From Stegostoma tigrinum (lineage: Eukaryota): DNA of 64,000 bases. A model generated the notes under the pieces. It ran no database searches and was not told where the DNA came from. It was given only the letters and a program-made list of their open reading frames with translations. Shown here piece after piece: positions 48,757 through 59,150 of this stretch; within the stretch, counting starts at the first letter, position 1, and each line of letters opens with the position of its first letter. Made by a program: the position numbers and the translations under genes. The DNA lies in the NCBI RefSeq assembly GCF_030684315.1, contig NC_081368.1, positions 48,189,734 through 48,253,733 of the forward strand. Reading direction: 5' to 3'.

Positions 48757-51089
48757 AAACCTCTCTGCATTTACCCTTTGTCTGTTATAACCAAGCCAAT
48801 TTTGTATTCAATTTGTGATCTAACCATGCATCCCATGTGATCTAATCTTCCGGAGCAGCCTACCATGAGGGATGTTGTCAAATGCTTTAGTAAAGTCCAT
48901 GTAAATACAATCCAGTGCCTTATCTTCGTCAATCATCTTCATTACTTTTTCGAAAACTCAATCGAATTTGTAAAACAAGACCTCCCTTAGCAGTGCATTC
49001 CAGACATGTATAAAGTCATGTGTCATCAAATATTTGGACACGTTGATTAAAAATTTTAAAAGAATGAATGGTGGCAGCTCTGTAGTTCAACTGCAGCTGC
49101 CATTTGTTGGTAACGTAGAGTCCAATAAGCAATGGTGATCAATGGCGAGCATCATTGGTGAAATAGCTCAAGATAACAATATTGGACAGATTTCATATTG
49201 CCAGGCCACATGTAGATTTTGTGGCTTGGGGAAACAGTATTCCTTATCTATCTTGAGTGTTTTCATTTGCAGCCAATTTTCAATTCTTTAAAAGGGCTGC
49301 TCTTAAATGTTTAGTTGCACTTCAGCCCCATGTTCCCAATCTATGGGCACCATGGGTGGGAAGCAATGGGCAGGTTAGGGGGTGCTCTTCATGGGCCTGT
49401 TTCTGGGCTTGGCCAAAAAAGCCATTAATAGGTCCTGGCAGTGAGCTGGGGAGGTGGTCACTCTTTCAGATCATCTTTTACATTTTTGTCCATGTTTGGA
49501 TGTCCATTGAGAGGGAGCATGCAATATCCTTTGGCGTGTTAGAGGCTTTTTGAGACTGGGGCTGGGTCATCATCACCTTGCAGAATGTAACATTTCCATT
49601 TACCTTTTATGAATTTCCTTTGACCACTTGTTTGAATATTTTTTAATGTGCCCCACTAGGGCTGTCTAACCATTTATTAATTTGGCCTTTAAAAGTGAAA
49701 AGCATGATTTGGGGCCAGCAGGTCCACATTCAAGTCTCACCTGTTCTAATGGTATATCTGAATAGGTTGATAGAAAAGAAGTTTAAGAAGTTGATATGAT
49801 GCAGTGATGGTGTCCCAAACCCTGGGAAGGCCTGCGTTCAATTGCAATCTGCTCCAGGGGCTTTTTGACATATCTGAACAGGTTGATTAAAAATATCTAG
49901 CAATAATGACTAGGGCTTTTGTATAGCAGTAGTAATACAGAGAAAGTTGGAGAAACTCAGCAGGGCTGGCAGCATCTGTGGAGAGACACAATTGTCGTTT
50001 TGAGTCCGGTGTGATATAAGCAATGTCGGCTGACCTAATATTTATTGTCTCTCCCACTGTGCTTTTGAGAAAGTCGTGATGAGATACCTTTTCAAACTAT
50101 TGCAATCCGTTTGATATAGATACACCCACAATGCCACTGTAAGAAGGGAGTTTCAGGATTTTAATCTAGTAACAATGAAGGAATGCACGTGTATTTCCAA
50201 GCTAGGATGATGAGTGACTTGGAAGGGAACTTGCAAGTCATGGTGTTCATATGTACTTGTTGCCCCTATCCATCTAGATGGGAGGGGTTGTGGGTTTGGA
50301 AGGTGCTGTCTGTGGAGCCTGGGTGAAGTTCTCCCTCTAGACTAGAAAGTCTCGACTGAAGTCCCACCTGCCACGGATGTGTCATAACATGTTCAAACAC
50401 ACAGAGCTCAATGTGACACTTTCTGGCCCATAGCAAACTTGGTTTCCATTCAACTAATGCCCCATTACCTTAATGGGCTCACTTTCTCAAATACATTTAT
50501 TACATGATATATCTTATGCATATTTTGAGAAACCATATATGCAACATAAACATCATTAGCCCTCTGTTAGTTAGAAATTATCAATGCTGCATCAATGAAC
50601 CTGTTGAGCTAATGAAATGTTAATTGAAATTTGCTTAGTAAAATCTGGTTTGTTCTTTTGACTTTACTCAACAGAATAATGAGACACCTCGACGTATCAG
50701 CCTCTTTGCAACAGCTAATGGGAACTGCAGATGCTGGAGAATCCGAAGGGTCTAGGCCCGAAACGTCAGCTTTTGTGCTCCTAGGATGCTGCTTGGCCTG
50801 CTGTGTTCATCCAGCTCCACACTTTGTTACTTCTGTGCAAGAGCAGTTGAGTGACGCTCAATCTGGCGAAAAGTTACGAACTTGCACGCTGATCCGTTTC
50901 AACGTTAAAATTAAAGCATGATACTGCGGGTGCTGGAAGTACAACATGTTGGAGAAATTCAGCGAGTCTGGAGAGATCGGACTCGAAAAGATCTAAACTG
51001 TGTCTCTCTCCACAAATGCTGCCAGCCCTGCTGAGTTTCTCCAACTTTCTCTGTACAGTACTCTTCTCAACGTTATTTTGTTTCTAGCA

Positions 51090-51366
51090 AGAGTAGCGTC
51101 TGGCTTCTCGCGTGTAGTAATTGGGAGATGCATCACCTTCCGTGTTTCCCGATTGGCTGTTGCGGACGCATTTCATTCATTTATTTTTTTGAAACCATGG
51201 TCCAATTTGGCGCCGACCCCAGCGCACGCGCCCACGGTACAACTGGGCTCTGCGCATGCCTGAAATGAGGACCGGTTGAGGCGGGGGTATCAGAGGTCGT
51301 CTTTATCTAAGATGGTGGCGGGGTTGGTGCGAGTGGTTGTTGTGTGAGCGATACTTACTGTAACAA
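51090..51366 (+). promoter_or_regulatory. CpG-island promoter and 5' leader of the SLAIN-family gene
   Basis: ATTGG 51152, CCAAT 51202, NRF1-like TGCGCATGCC 51251-51260, GC box GAGGCGGGG about 51278, YY1-like AAGATGGTGGC 51309; CpG-rich through exon 1. Confidence 0.72.
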
Positions 51367-51782
51367 ATGGTGGGACCGAGTTCAGCCGAGCCCGAGGCCG
51401 GAGTTGACCCCCGGGCATCAACCGGCTCGGGATGCGCGGCTGCCATCGTCACACCGCTGCTCGATGCAGACAAGGAGGTGAAGAAGCTGCAGGATTTGGT
51501 CAAAAAGCTGGAGTTGCAGAACGAGCAGCTCCGGTGCCGGAGCGGCCGAGGTGGTAAGGTGCTCCTTGGCGGCGGGGATGGGCCGCCCCCTGCGGCTAAC
51601 GGCGATCTGCCCGACTCCGCCCACGATGCTCTGGACGTGGAGCTGAGTCCCAGTGACCCGCTCGCGGCCGACTGTGAGGCATTGTTGAGCAGTGTCCTCC
51701 CGGGGGAGCAGCCGCCGGTTTATCTGGAGGAGGATGTCCTGGACCTGGAGCCGGACTTCGGGACTGCGGAGGAGGACAGCTG
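51367..51782 (+). CDS. SLAIN motif-containing protein, coding exon 1
   Basis: Coiled-coil motif EVKKLQDLVKKLELQNEQLR characteristic of SLAIN1/2; acidic segment ending EEDS(W); donor TG|gtaagc in phase 2. Paralog identity uncertain so no symbol given. Confidence 0.9.
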
Positions 51783-52704
51783 GTAAGCACTGCCATGCAG
51801 GACCGCACGGTTATCCTGCCCAGTCTGGATGGCAGTCAACCTATCCCGACATTTTGAACCGCCTCTCGAGATCCTTAGAAGGGGTCTCTCAAAATTCTTG
51901 CTGTCATATTTAGGGAAGTTGTGGGTCTAGTCGTGCAAGTGTTCTCCCAGGGCAGCTTAAGGATAGTGGCTGTCGAGAACGCACTCTTTTCACAGCAGAA
52001 TTTTATCAGCCAAGCATTTGTGTTGGATCATTTTTAAACTACCTACTTTATTTCCCCATTGGAGATAACTTGTTCTCACTGTTTTAATCTGTTCACAGTT
52101 TTTTTTCATGTTTCATTGAGTATACATAAATTACACTTTAACGACGCGAAATCATTTTAAACTCGGAGTACTGGCTGCAAAGGCCGGAAACGTCAGCTTT
52201 TCTGCTCCTAAGATGCTGCTTGGCCTGCTGTGTTCATCCAGCTTCACACTTTGATCTGTTATTGGCTGCAAAATTACCTATTGACTCTAAATACGTAGCG
52301 TTGCTAGTTTTTAGCTAATGAAGCTGTACGCTTAAGTATATCATTGAAAGAATTTTGCCGATTAACCTGCCTGCCCGATACACTAAAATCAACAAAGTAA
52401 TGGCTTTTTTTCATAAAGTAAACTTTCTTGTCTTGATTTTTAAGCCTACTTTGGTTCAAGAAGGTACTGTCTGGTAATTTGATTTGATTTAGAGCTAGAA
52501 TTGAAATTAACACAAGACTAACTCTAACTCTTTTAATATAGATTAAAGTCAGTACAATCTCAGCAGATCGTAGGGCTGCTCTCTCACTATTCTGATGGCT
52601 TAACATGAGGGTCACAATACCTCAGGCCCGGGGACATGTTACAAAGTACTTAATATTAACTGTGGGAATTGACCCCACACTGTCATTCTGCATCTCAAGC
52701 TAAC

Positions 52705-54300
52705 CTTTTTATTTCAAAAATATACTGTATTCATAAGAATATCTTTAGTCACAAAAACAGTTTGACTCTGTACAGTAGCATATGAAGAAGCAAACAAATG
52801 TTATTGGTTGACTTTATCCAACAAACAAACCAAAGGCATTCCTTACTTGCACAACCCTTTTATTTACATGTATCTGAGCCATTGGTAGGGTGTGGTAGTT
52901 GTTTGAAAACAGAGTGGACCCCAGTTTAATTTTGGCAGAAAGACTTTAAATGGTTGTCTTTCCTCGCAGTGCCTTGGCAACTGCTGCCGCAAGCTTTAAT
53001 ACGTACTTCAGCACACAGTCCTGAGCTTTTGAATGCGTCAGTCTGTAACACTCAATGTCAACTCAGTGCTCTGGAAGATGAGCAGGTTTCCGACAGACTA
53101 AAGAGTGTCTGTCTTTCACTGAGTTGATGGTCCTCCAGGCACAGTTGATGTTTATCTCGGCATGTGTCCTTGGGAACATCACAGTAAAGCAGAGTGCCTC
53201 AACAAAACCCACTGCATCTGTCTAGACTGTGAAGGCACATTCCACCAGATGATGTGTGACAGTTGTATCAGTCCACTCTTCAGTGATGGTGCAGTGTGTC
53301 TGGGCATACATGAAGGATGTCACAGGTAGTGCACTTCTCTAGGTGCTTGCTAGAAAGTTCTGGCCATGAGGCATTCTACCACTTGACTACAACAGTCTGC
53401 TCAGGGAACAACCCAACAAGGTCTACCCTGTGTTTTTCTTGTAGAGTCTTGAGGATGCTTCATGCTTGCCGCTTCCTGATGGACTAGTGAGCAGAGGTTT
53501 TTTTCTCCACCTAAGAGGACGTAATATGGAGTGGGCCAACTACTCTGAGCATTCCACGGCAGAGACTAGACCATTGTTTGTAACACCAGGGCCAAGTAGA
53601 ACCTCAGTACAAAGTGACGCTTGGTGCTTGCATACCAAGGATCTGAAAAGAGCTACACACAAAGGTAGCTATCTGGATGAGGGCAATGTTGGATATGTTC
53701 TTCCCCACTTTATCTAGAGTTTTGTAAATGGTGTCCCTGTGGACATGGTTCATCTTAGTCCTCCAAATGAAGTGGAAGATGGTTTGGATGACTGCAATGG
53801 TGCTATCCAGCTTAGGTGACATGAGAGAGCTGCTGGGAACCAACAGTGTGCGTTTACTTTTACATAACTTTTTTAAACATTTTGAAGGCAATCACATATG
53901 TAGGGCTAAAGGAATGCAGAACTTGGGAGTTTAACATGTTTGGAAGTGCAGGCACTATTTTGAAGGGAACAGTGGCAATCAACTTGTGCATGTGTTCATT
54001 CTGCCATGATCAACAACTTCTTTTTGATCAATATCAAAAGGACACAGGAGTGAAATCTGACGTTCTTTAAAATAACCTAAGGGGACAGGTAGGTCTTATT
54101 CGCAACTGAGTGGGCACTCTATGGAGGAGAGGTGATGATTGGTGAGCTGGCATTCCGAAGTGCTAGCATGGGCTGGATCTGTATGCAGATGCAGTTTTAA
54201 GTTGACCTACAGCTTTGCTAGGTAGAAATGGTGTGAGTGAGATGGCAAAATTGAAGTTAGTACTTGTAGGTGGGCAGTGAGAAATACTGGACATTATGGT
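52705..54300 (-). mobile_element. Older decayed Tx1-like L1 fragment (ORF2 C-terminal part and 3' end)
   Basis: TIFHFIWRTKMNHVHRDTIYKTLDKVGKNISN parallels AIFHFIWGSRMDRVCRDTMYKDLENGGKGVPN of the 5446-9820 element; similar terminus aaaaatatact(g)tattcataaga next to a T-run. Confidence 0.82.
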
Positions 54301-56119
54301 CAGCTATGATATCCTTCAATTGGATGCTCTTATTCACTGACAAACTATAATTTTGCAAGACTAAGATGAAGTCATAATGGGTATTGGGAGGAGGATATAA
54401 GGACAGGAATACTGAATTTCCAATTGAAAGTATTACTGTTTACTGGAAGAGATCCACTGTTGTTGGACAAAGGTAAGCTGCTGTGTAAAGTGTCACTAAA
54501 GCTAAGTTTCTAACATCCTGGATTGTTAGTTTACCTCAGGTTATCACATCCTTCCCAGTGAAGAGGTTGGAGATTCAATTTACAATCCAAGATCATGGTA
54601 TGAAATCTTTGAAATAGCATCCCCGATCTTCTGGGACAGAATGGGGTGAAGGTGGAAAGGTCCAAGCCTCCACTGTAAAAGATAAGCACGTAGTTTTAAA
54701 CAAGGTCAGCAGCATGCATGTTTACTCTGCAGTTGATGTGGGCCAATATGTGCATGTTTCTTTAGGCTGTGATACTAAATTGAACTTCAAATGGGTTTGG
54801 AATTTGTTTTGGAGAGCCGAGACTTCACCCACTTCACCTTTTTAACATTTTGTCCTTCACCCAGTGCCTACAAAGCAGATTATATCATTGCTTATCTTTT
54901 GAGTTGTTTGATTACTGTATTTTTGCATCAGATCTTTTAATGTGGAGGTTTTTGATTTTGCTGGTGGGTGTGAAATATGTTACTTCATTATTTGCTTTTC
55001 TGGTCTCCTACTTTGCTATCAGGGATTGATCTGAAAATTCAATGACAAAGGGGTATCATGGTTTGCTGCTCTGTCAGTTGTCAGGTCTGACAACTGTGCT
55101 CGTAATTGCAGTGCAGATTCAATGGTGAAATGGCCTAATTCGGTTCCTATATTTTATGGTCTTGTGACCTTAAACCAACAAGCTACAGAATGTCCATGAA
55201 GTAGAATCCAAACCAAGAAGTACTAAACAGCAAATACAAATTAGATTACATCTGATACAGAGAGTAATATAAATGGAAAAGACAGGAAAAATAAGCAGAA
55301 GTTTTGTAGATTTTTTCCAAGAATAAGACTCTACTACTTGCCAGGGTCAGATTGACTGATCATGTTACTAAAAATGAATGCAGCATTGCTACAACCTCAT
55401 ACTTGTATTAACTTCTTTGCAAAATTATCATTAAACCTCTGTACTTAAATGTCCCAAGGAGACGAAGAGTGATTTGGCTGACAACTTTTTAGGTCTTTGT
55501 GCATAACTGCACACATATAACCGAAAGAGTGAATTGATTGCACTATTAACTCGAATGCATTGATGGCACCATGTACTATTTTAACTCTCCATCAAGGCAA
55601 TTAGTTGAACCGACCTCTTTTGATCATTGCTCCAACCCCAGACTTTAAACACGTCTTTTTAAGCATCCATTGATTTTTTTTTCAGTATGTAAAATTGCAG
55701 CTGCCTCATCTGACCCTGAAACAGTTTAGCTTCATAATGTTCAAATTGATCAACTTTATTTTTGCTTTAACGTTAAATGAGCCAACATTTTGTATAATTT
55801 AACAGCATAACTATTGAGTCACCTCTCTGTTCTTCTTATCCTAATGTAATCTGTCTTCAGGCTCCATAAATCCTCCTTCCTTGAAATACAACTTTTGTAA
55901 GAATTCAGCGTAGATCCTTCAGTCATTGGTCTAGAATGTATCCTCACCATTTAAATAAATATCTCTTGCCATATTCGTATTAACTTCATTTGAAACTGCA
56001 ATGTCAGTGGCAAATTTTAAAAGCTTAGAACTCAAAACCATGCAATTGGAAGGCTTTTAAAACCAGATGCTTAAATTGTTAAATGTGCAGTCAAATAAGT
56101 TAACATGGATCATTGAGGG

Positions 56120-56350
56120 ACTTTTTTTTTCTCTATTGAGGGTGGTGAATTTCTGGGACGGGCTACCAGAAGTAGTGGAGGATATAAGTCTGAGTTCATA
56201 ATTTAGGAAACATTTAGAGGGCTACGTGGATGGGAAAGGTTTGGTAGGATATGAACCAAATGCAGGCAAATAGGACTAATTTAAATTGTGAAAACTGGGC
56301 AGCATGAGCAAGTTGGGCCGAAGGGCCTGTTTCATGCTGTAGGCCTCTGA
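56120..56350 (+). mobile_element. CR1 LINE 3' end
   Basis: gagggtggtgaat...ggatatgaaccaaatgcaggcaaataggact...gggccgaagggcctgtttc tail. Confidence 0.75.
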
Positions 56351-56518
56351 CTGCACCACCCTATTAATAGAAGGGGAGCAATACTGGTATATTCATTTAG
56401 GGGTAATGAGGGTTTAAGTTCAAACCTATGATAATCCATGGTTTCTTGACTACTCTTATAGAAGTTGCACCTCTGCAAAAGGAATTGTTTCCTGATTTTT
56501 TTTTTTCTTTTGTGCAAG

Positions 56519-56664
56519 GTTATATGTTTCACCAAAGAAGACGGCAACAACAGATGCAAACCAGAAGGCACAAAGTCCTCTCAAATGGTGCAGACAAGTC
56601 CTCGATCATCCCAGCCGAGAGACTGAAGCTGCCTGTCGTAGCCTCATCTGTAGACTCGATCAAG
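56519..56664 (+). CDS. SLAIN motif-containing protein, coding exon 2
   Basis: Long pyrimidine tract, gcaag|G completes TGG; (W)[48 protein letters not shown] matches SLAIN WLYxSPK / WCRQVLDxPS / LDQ; donor G|gtaagt. Later exons not found in the window. Confidence 0.93.
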
Positions 56665-57864
56665 GTAAGTTGTCTGTGTAGCCAAACAAAATACTTTGTA
56701 CACATGGTTGTCTGTCAGTAATCAAAGATCCGTTCAACATTTGGTACAATGTTTTATATTTTTGGGTGGACCTTAGGATCATAGGAGAAAGTTGTCATGC
56801 TTAGATTTGTGTTTACTTTCTTGCAGAGCAATAGCTGTCACTTATAAATTTCCTGTAATTGTCAGATTAATCAAATATCAAGTGTAGGAGGCAGTTAGAA
56901 CTAGCAGTTAGCAAAATCTTAAATGGAAAGTCCCTGTTTTTGACATGCTTTTGTACCTAATTGGAGTGGTTCTGAAATTGCTGATGCTTGCGTTTTAGGC
57001 TATTCAACAGTATTTTGTTTCAATTTAATGACTTTATTCAGTCATTCTGTTTGATATTTGAGTTTTGTACAAGCTGCTTTTGATGATTCTTTTCAGATGT
57101 AGCAAAATTTAATGTTCATGGTGCATATATAGCAAAAAAAATCTTAACAGCCATTTCTGAAGCTGTTACATGACCACATCTGCAACCTTGAATAAGTCAG
57201 CTTGCTATGAAATTTTTAATCATTCTCATTAGCAGGTGTAATGTATTCAAGTTTCTCCTTTAGGCCTTGTAAAGTTTATTAACCAGGATCTTTAGGTGGC
57301 CAAGTTGTTTGGAGTAGCTAAGCAGTGAATCTGCAGGCATAGTCTTTTAACTATACTCATTCTTTATTAAGTATCAATGTCTGTAAGGAGCTTGAGCACG
57401 TCATGACCTGATCTATATCCTCATGGCAAGTAAGATAAGTAACTTCAGATGCATCACTTGTGACTTTTCATTCAATACAAATTGAAAATAGGATCTTCAA
57501 CCAGTAGCCTCTCCTGTTGCACTTTGAGGTAATATTGATTTTCATCCTGTTTGCCTTGTCTTATTTAATTTTTCTTTGTTATGGGGTGTTTTGGTTTGCA
57601 TTTTACTTTTGGAAACAAGATTCCTAAAGCACAGTTTGGTTTTATAAAAACAAAGCTGAACTTATTTTCTAGTTGTTTTAACTGGCACCTGCTGCTCCAA
57701 AATGGAAGAATTGCCCCTGAATTTGCTACTCTGTGCCTGACAGCATCATTATGATTTGTCTTCACTCTGAAAGCTGGTAAATAGTCCATAGTCAGACTAA
57801 ATCGTCTTTATTTACAGGAGAATAAACAGGGGCAATCAGTTAATAAATTAGTAATTCACTCAAG

Positions 57865-59150
57865 CTAAAGATCAGAAATCAGATGACATCAGGTTATAGT
57901 CCAACAGGTTTATTTGAAATCACAAGCTTTTTGAGTGTCTCTTTGTTGGAAGAAGAGAGAAGCTCACAGGCACATAATTTATAGGCAGGGGCATCAACGG
58001 ACAGAGATCAAAAGATCATACAAATGGTGTGAGAGGAGTGTGGACAGGCTGAATGATAGGTTTCTGCAGGTGATCAAGAGTGTCAAATGGTATCAGTGTC
58101 AACTAGTGTCTAGCAAGTGAAGGGATGTCCTAAAATCTGATCAAATGAGGCAGAGTTAATTACAAAAAAATTGAAAATAAAGATGGCAGTGGAGACAAAC
58201 CAGATGATTGGAATAACACGATAGGTATAACGGTCACATGTCGAGGTCCAACCAAAATAACAAGTAATCCAAAACTGTACAACCTAATTAAGGTAGAGAT
58301 CATAACAATTTATGAAGGTGATGATGTCAAAACAGGACAGTCAGGAAGATTTTATGGGTACAGAACAGAATGGTGGGTTTGCATCACGCAACAATCGCCA
58401 GACAAGAATCACCCCACCACCCCCCACGCGGAACACTTCAGCTATCGTGGACATTCAGCCTCCGATCTTTGGGTAAGTGTCTTCCAAGGTGGCCTTCAAA
58501 ACCCAACAATGCTGAAACACTGAGCAGAAACTGATAGGCCAGTTCTATATCCATGGAGACAGCCTGAACCTTGATCTTGAGCTTGCATCATGCTATAAGT
58601 GACCCCTTCACACTGTTCTGGACCTGTAAAATCTTCCTGACTGCCTTGTTTTGACACCATCGCCATGACAAATTATGATCTTTCTACCTTGATGAGCTTG
58701 TACAGATTTGGGTTACTTATTGCTTTCGTTAAACCCTTGGCATGTGACTGTTATACCTATTATATTATTCCAGTCATTTAGTTTGTCTCTGGCACCACTT
58801 TTTTTATTTAAATTTTTGTTTCGTAATTATTTCTCTGCCTCATTTGATCAGATTATAGGTCAACCCTTCCCTTGTTATTCAGTGATTGACACTATTCACA
58901 CCGTCTGACAGTCTTCACCTGTGGAGACCTATTATTCAGCCTATCCACACTCCAGTCACACCATTTGTATGATTGTGGACTAATTTGCCTATAAATTTTG
59001 GTCTGTGTGCTCTTCTCCTCATTCTGATGGAGGGTCAATGCTCCAAAAGCTTGAGATTTCAAATAAACCTGTTGGACTATAATCGGTGTCATCTGATTTC
59101 TGACCTTGTCCGCCCCAGTCCAACGCCAGCACCTCCACATCAAAGATGAA
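57865..59150 (+). mobile_element. Penelope-like element remnant with long inverted terminal repeats
   Basis: 57870-58380 is the diverged reverse complement of about 58600-59105; the centre encodes a GIY-YIG C-terminal remnant (EHFS..GHSASDLWVSVFQGGLQN). Confidence 0.8.

Noticed and set aside
51351-51446. Antisense exon in the SLAIN-like CpG island (ATG at 51446, donor GTAAGTAT at 51358)
   Set aside because: Single motif pair in GC-rich sequence with no downstream exon identified; needs stranded RNA data.
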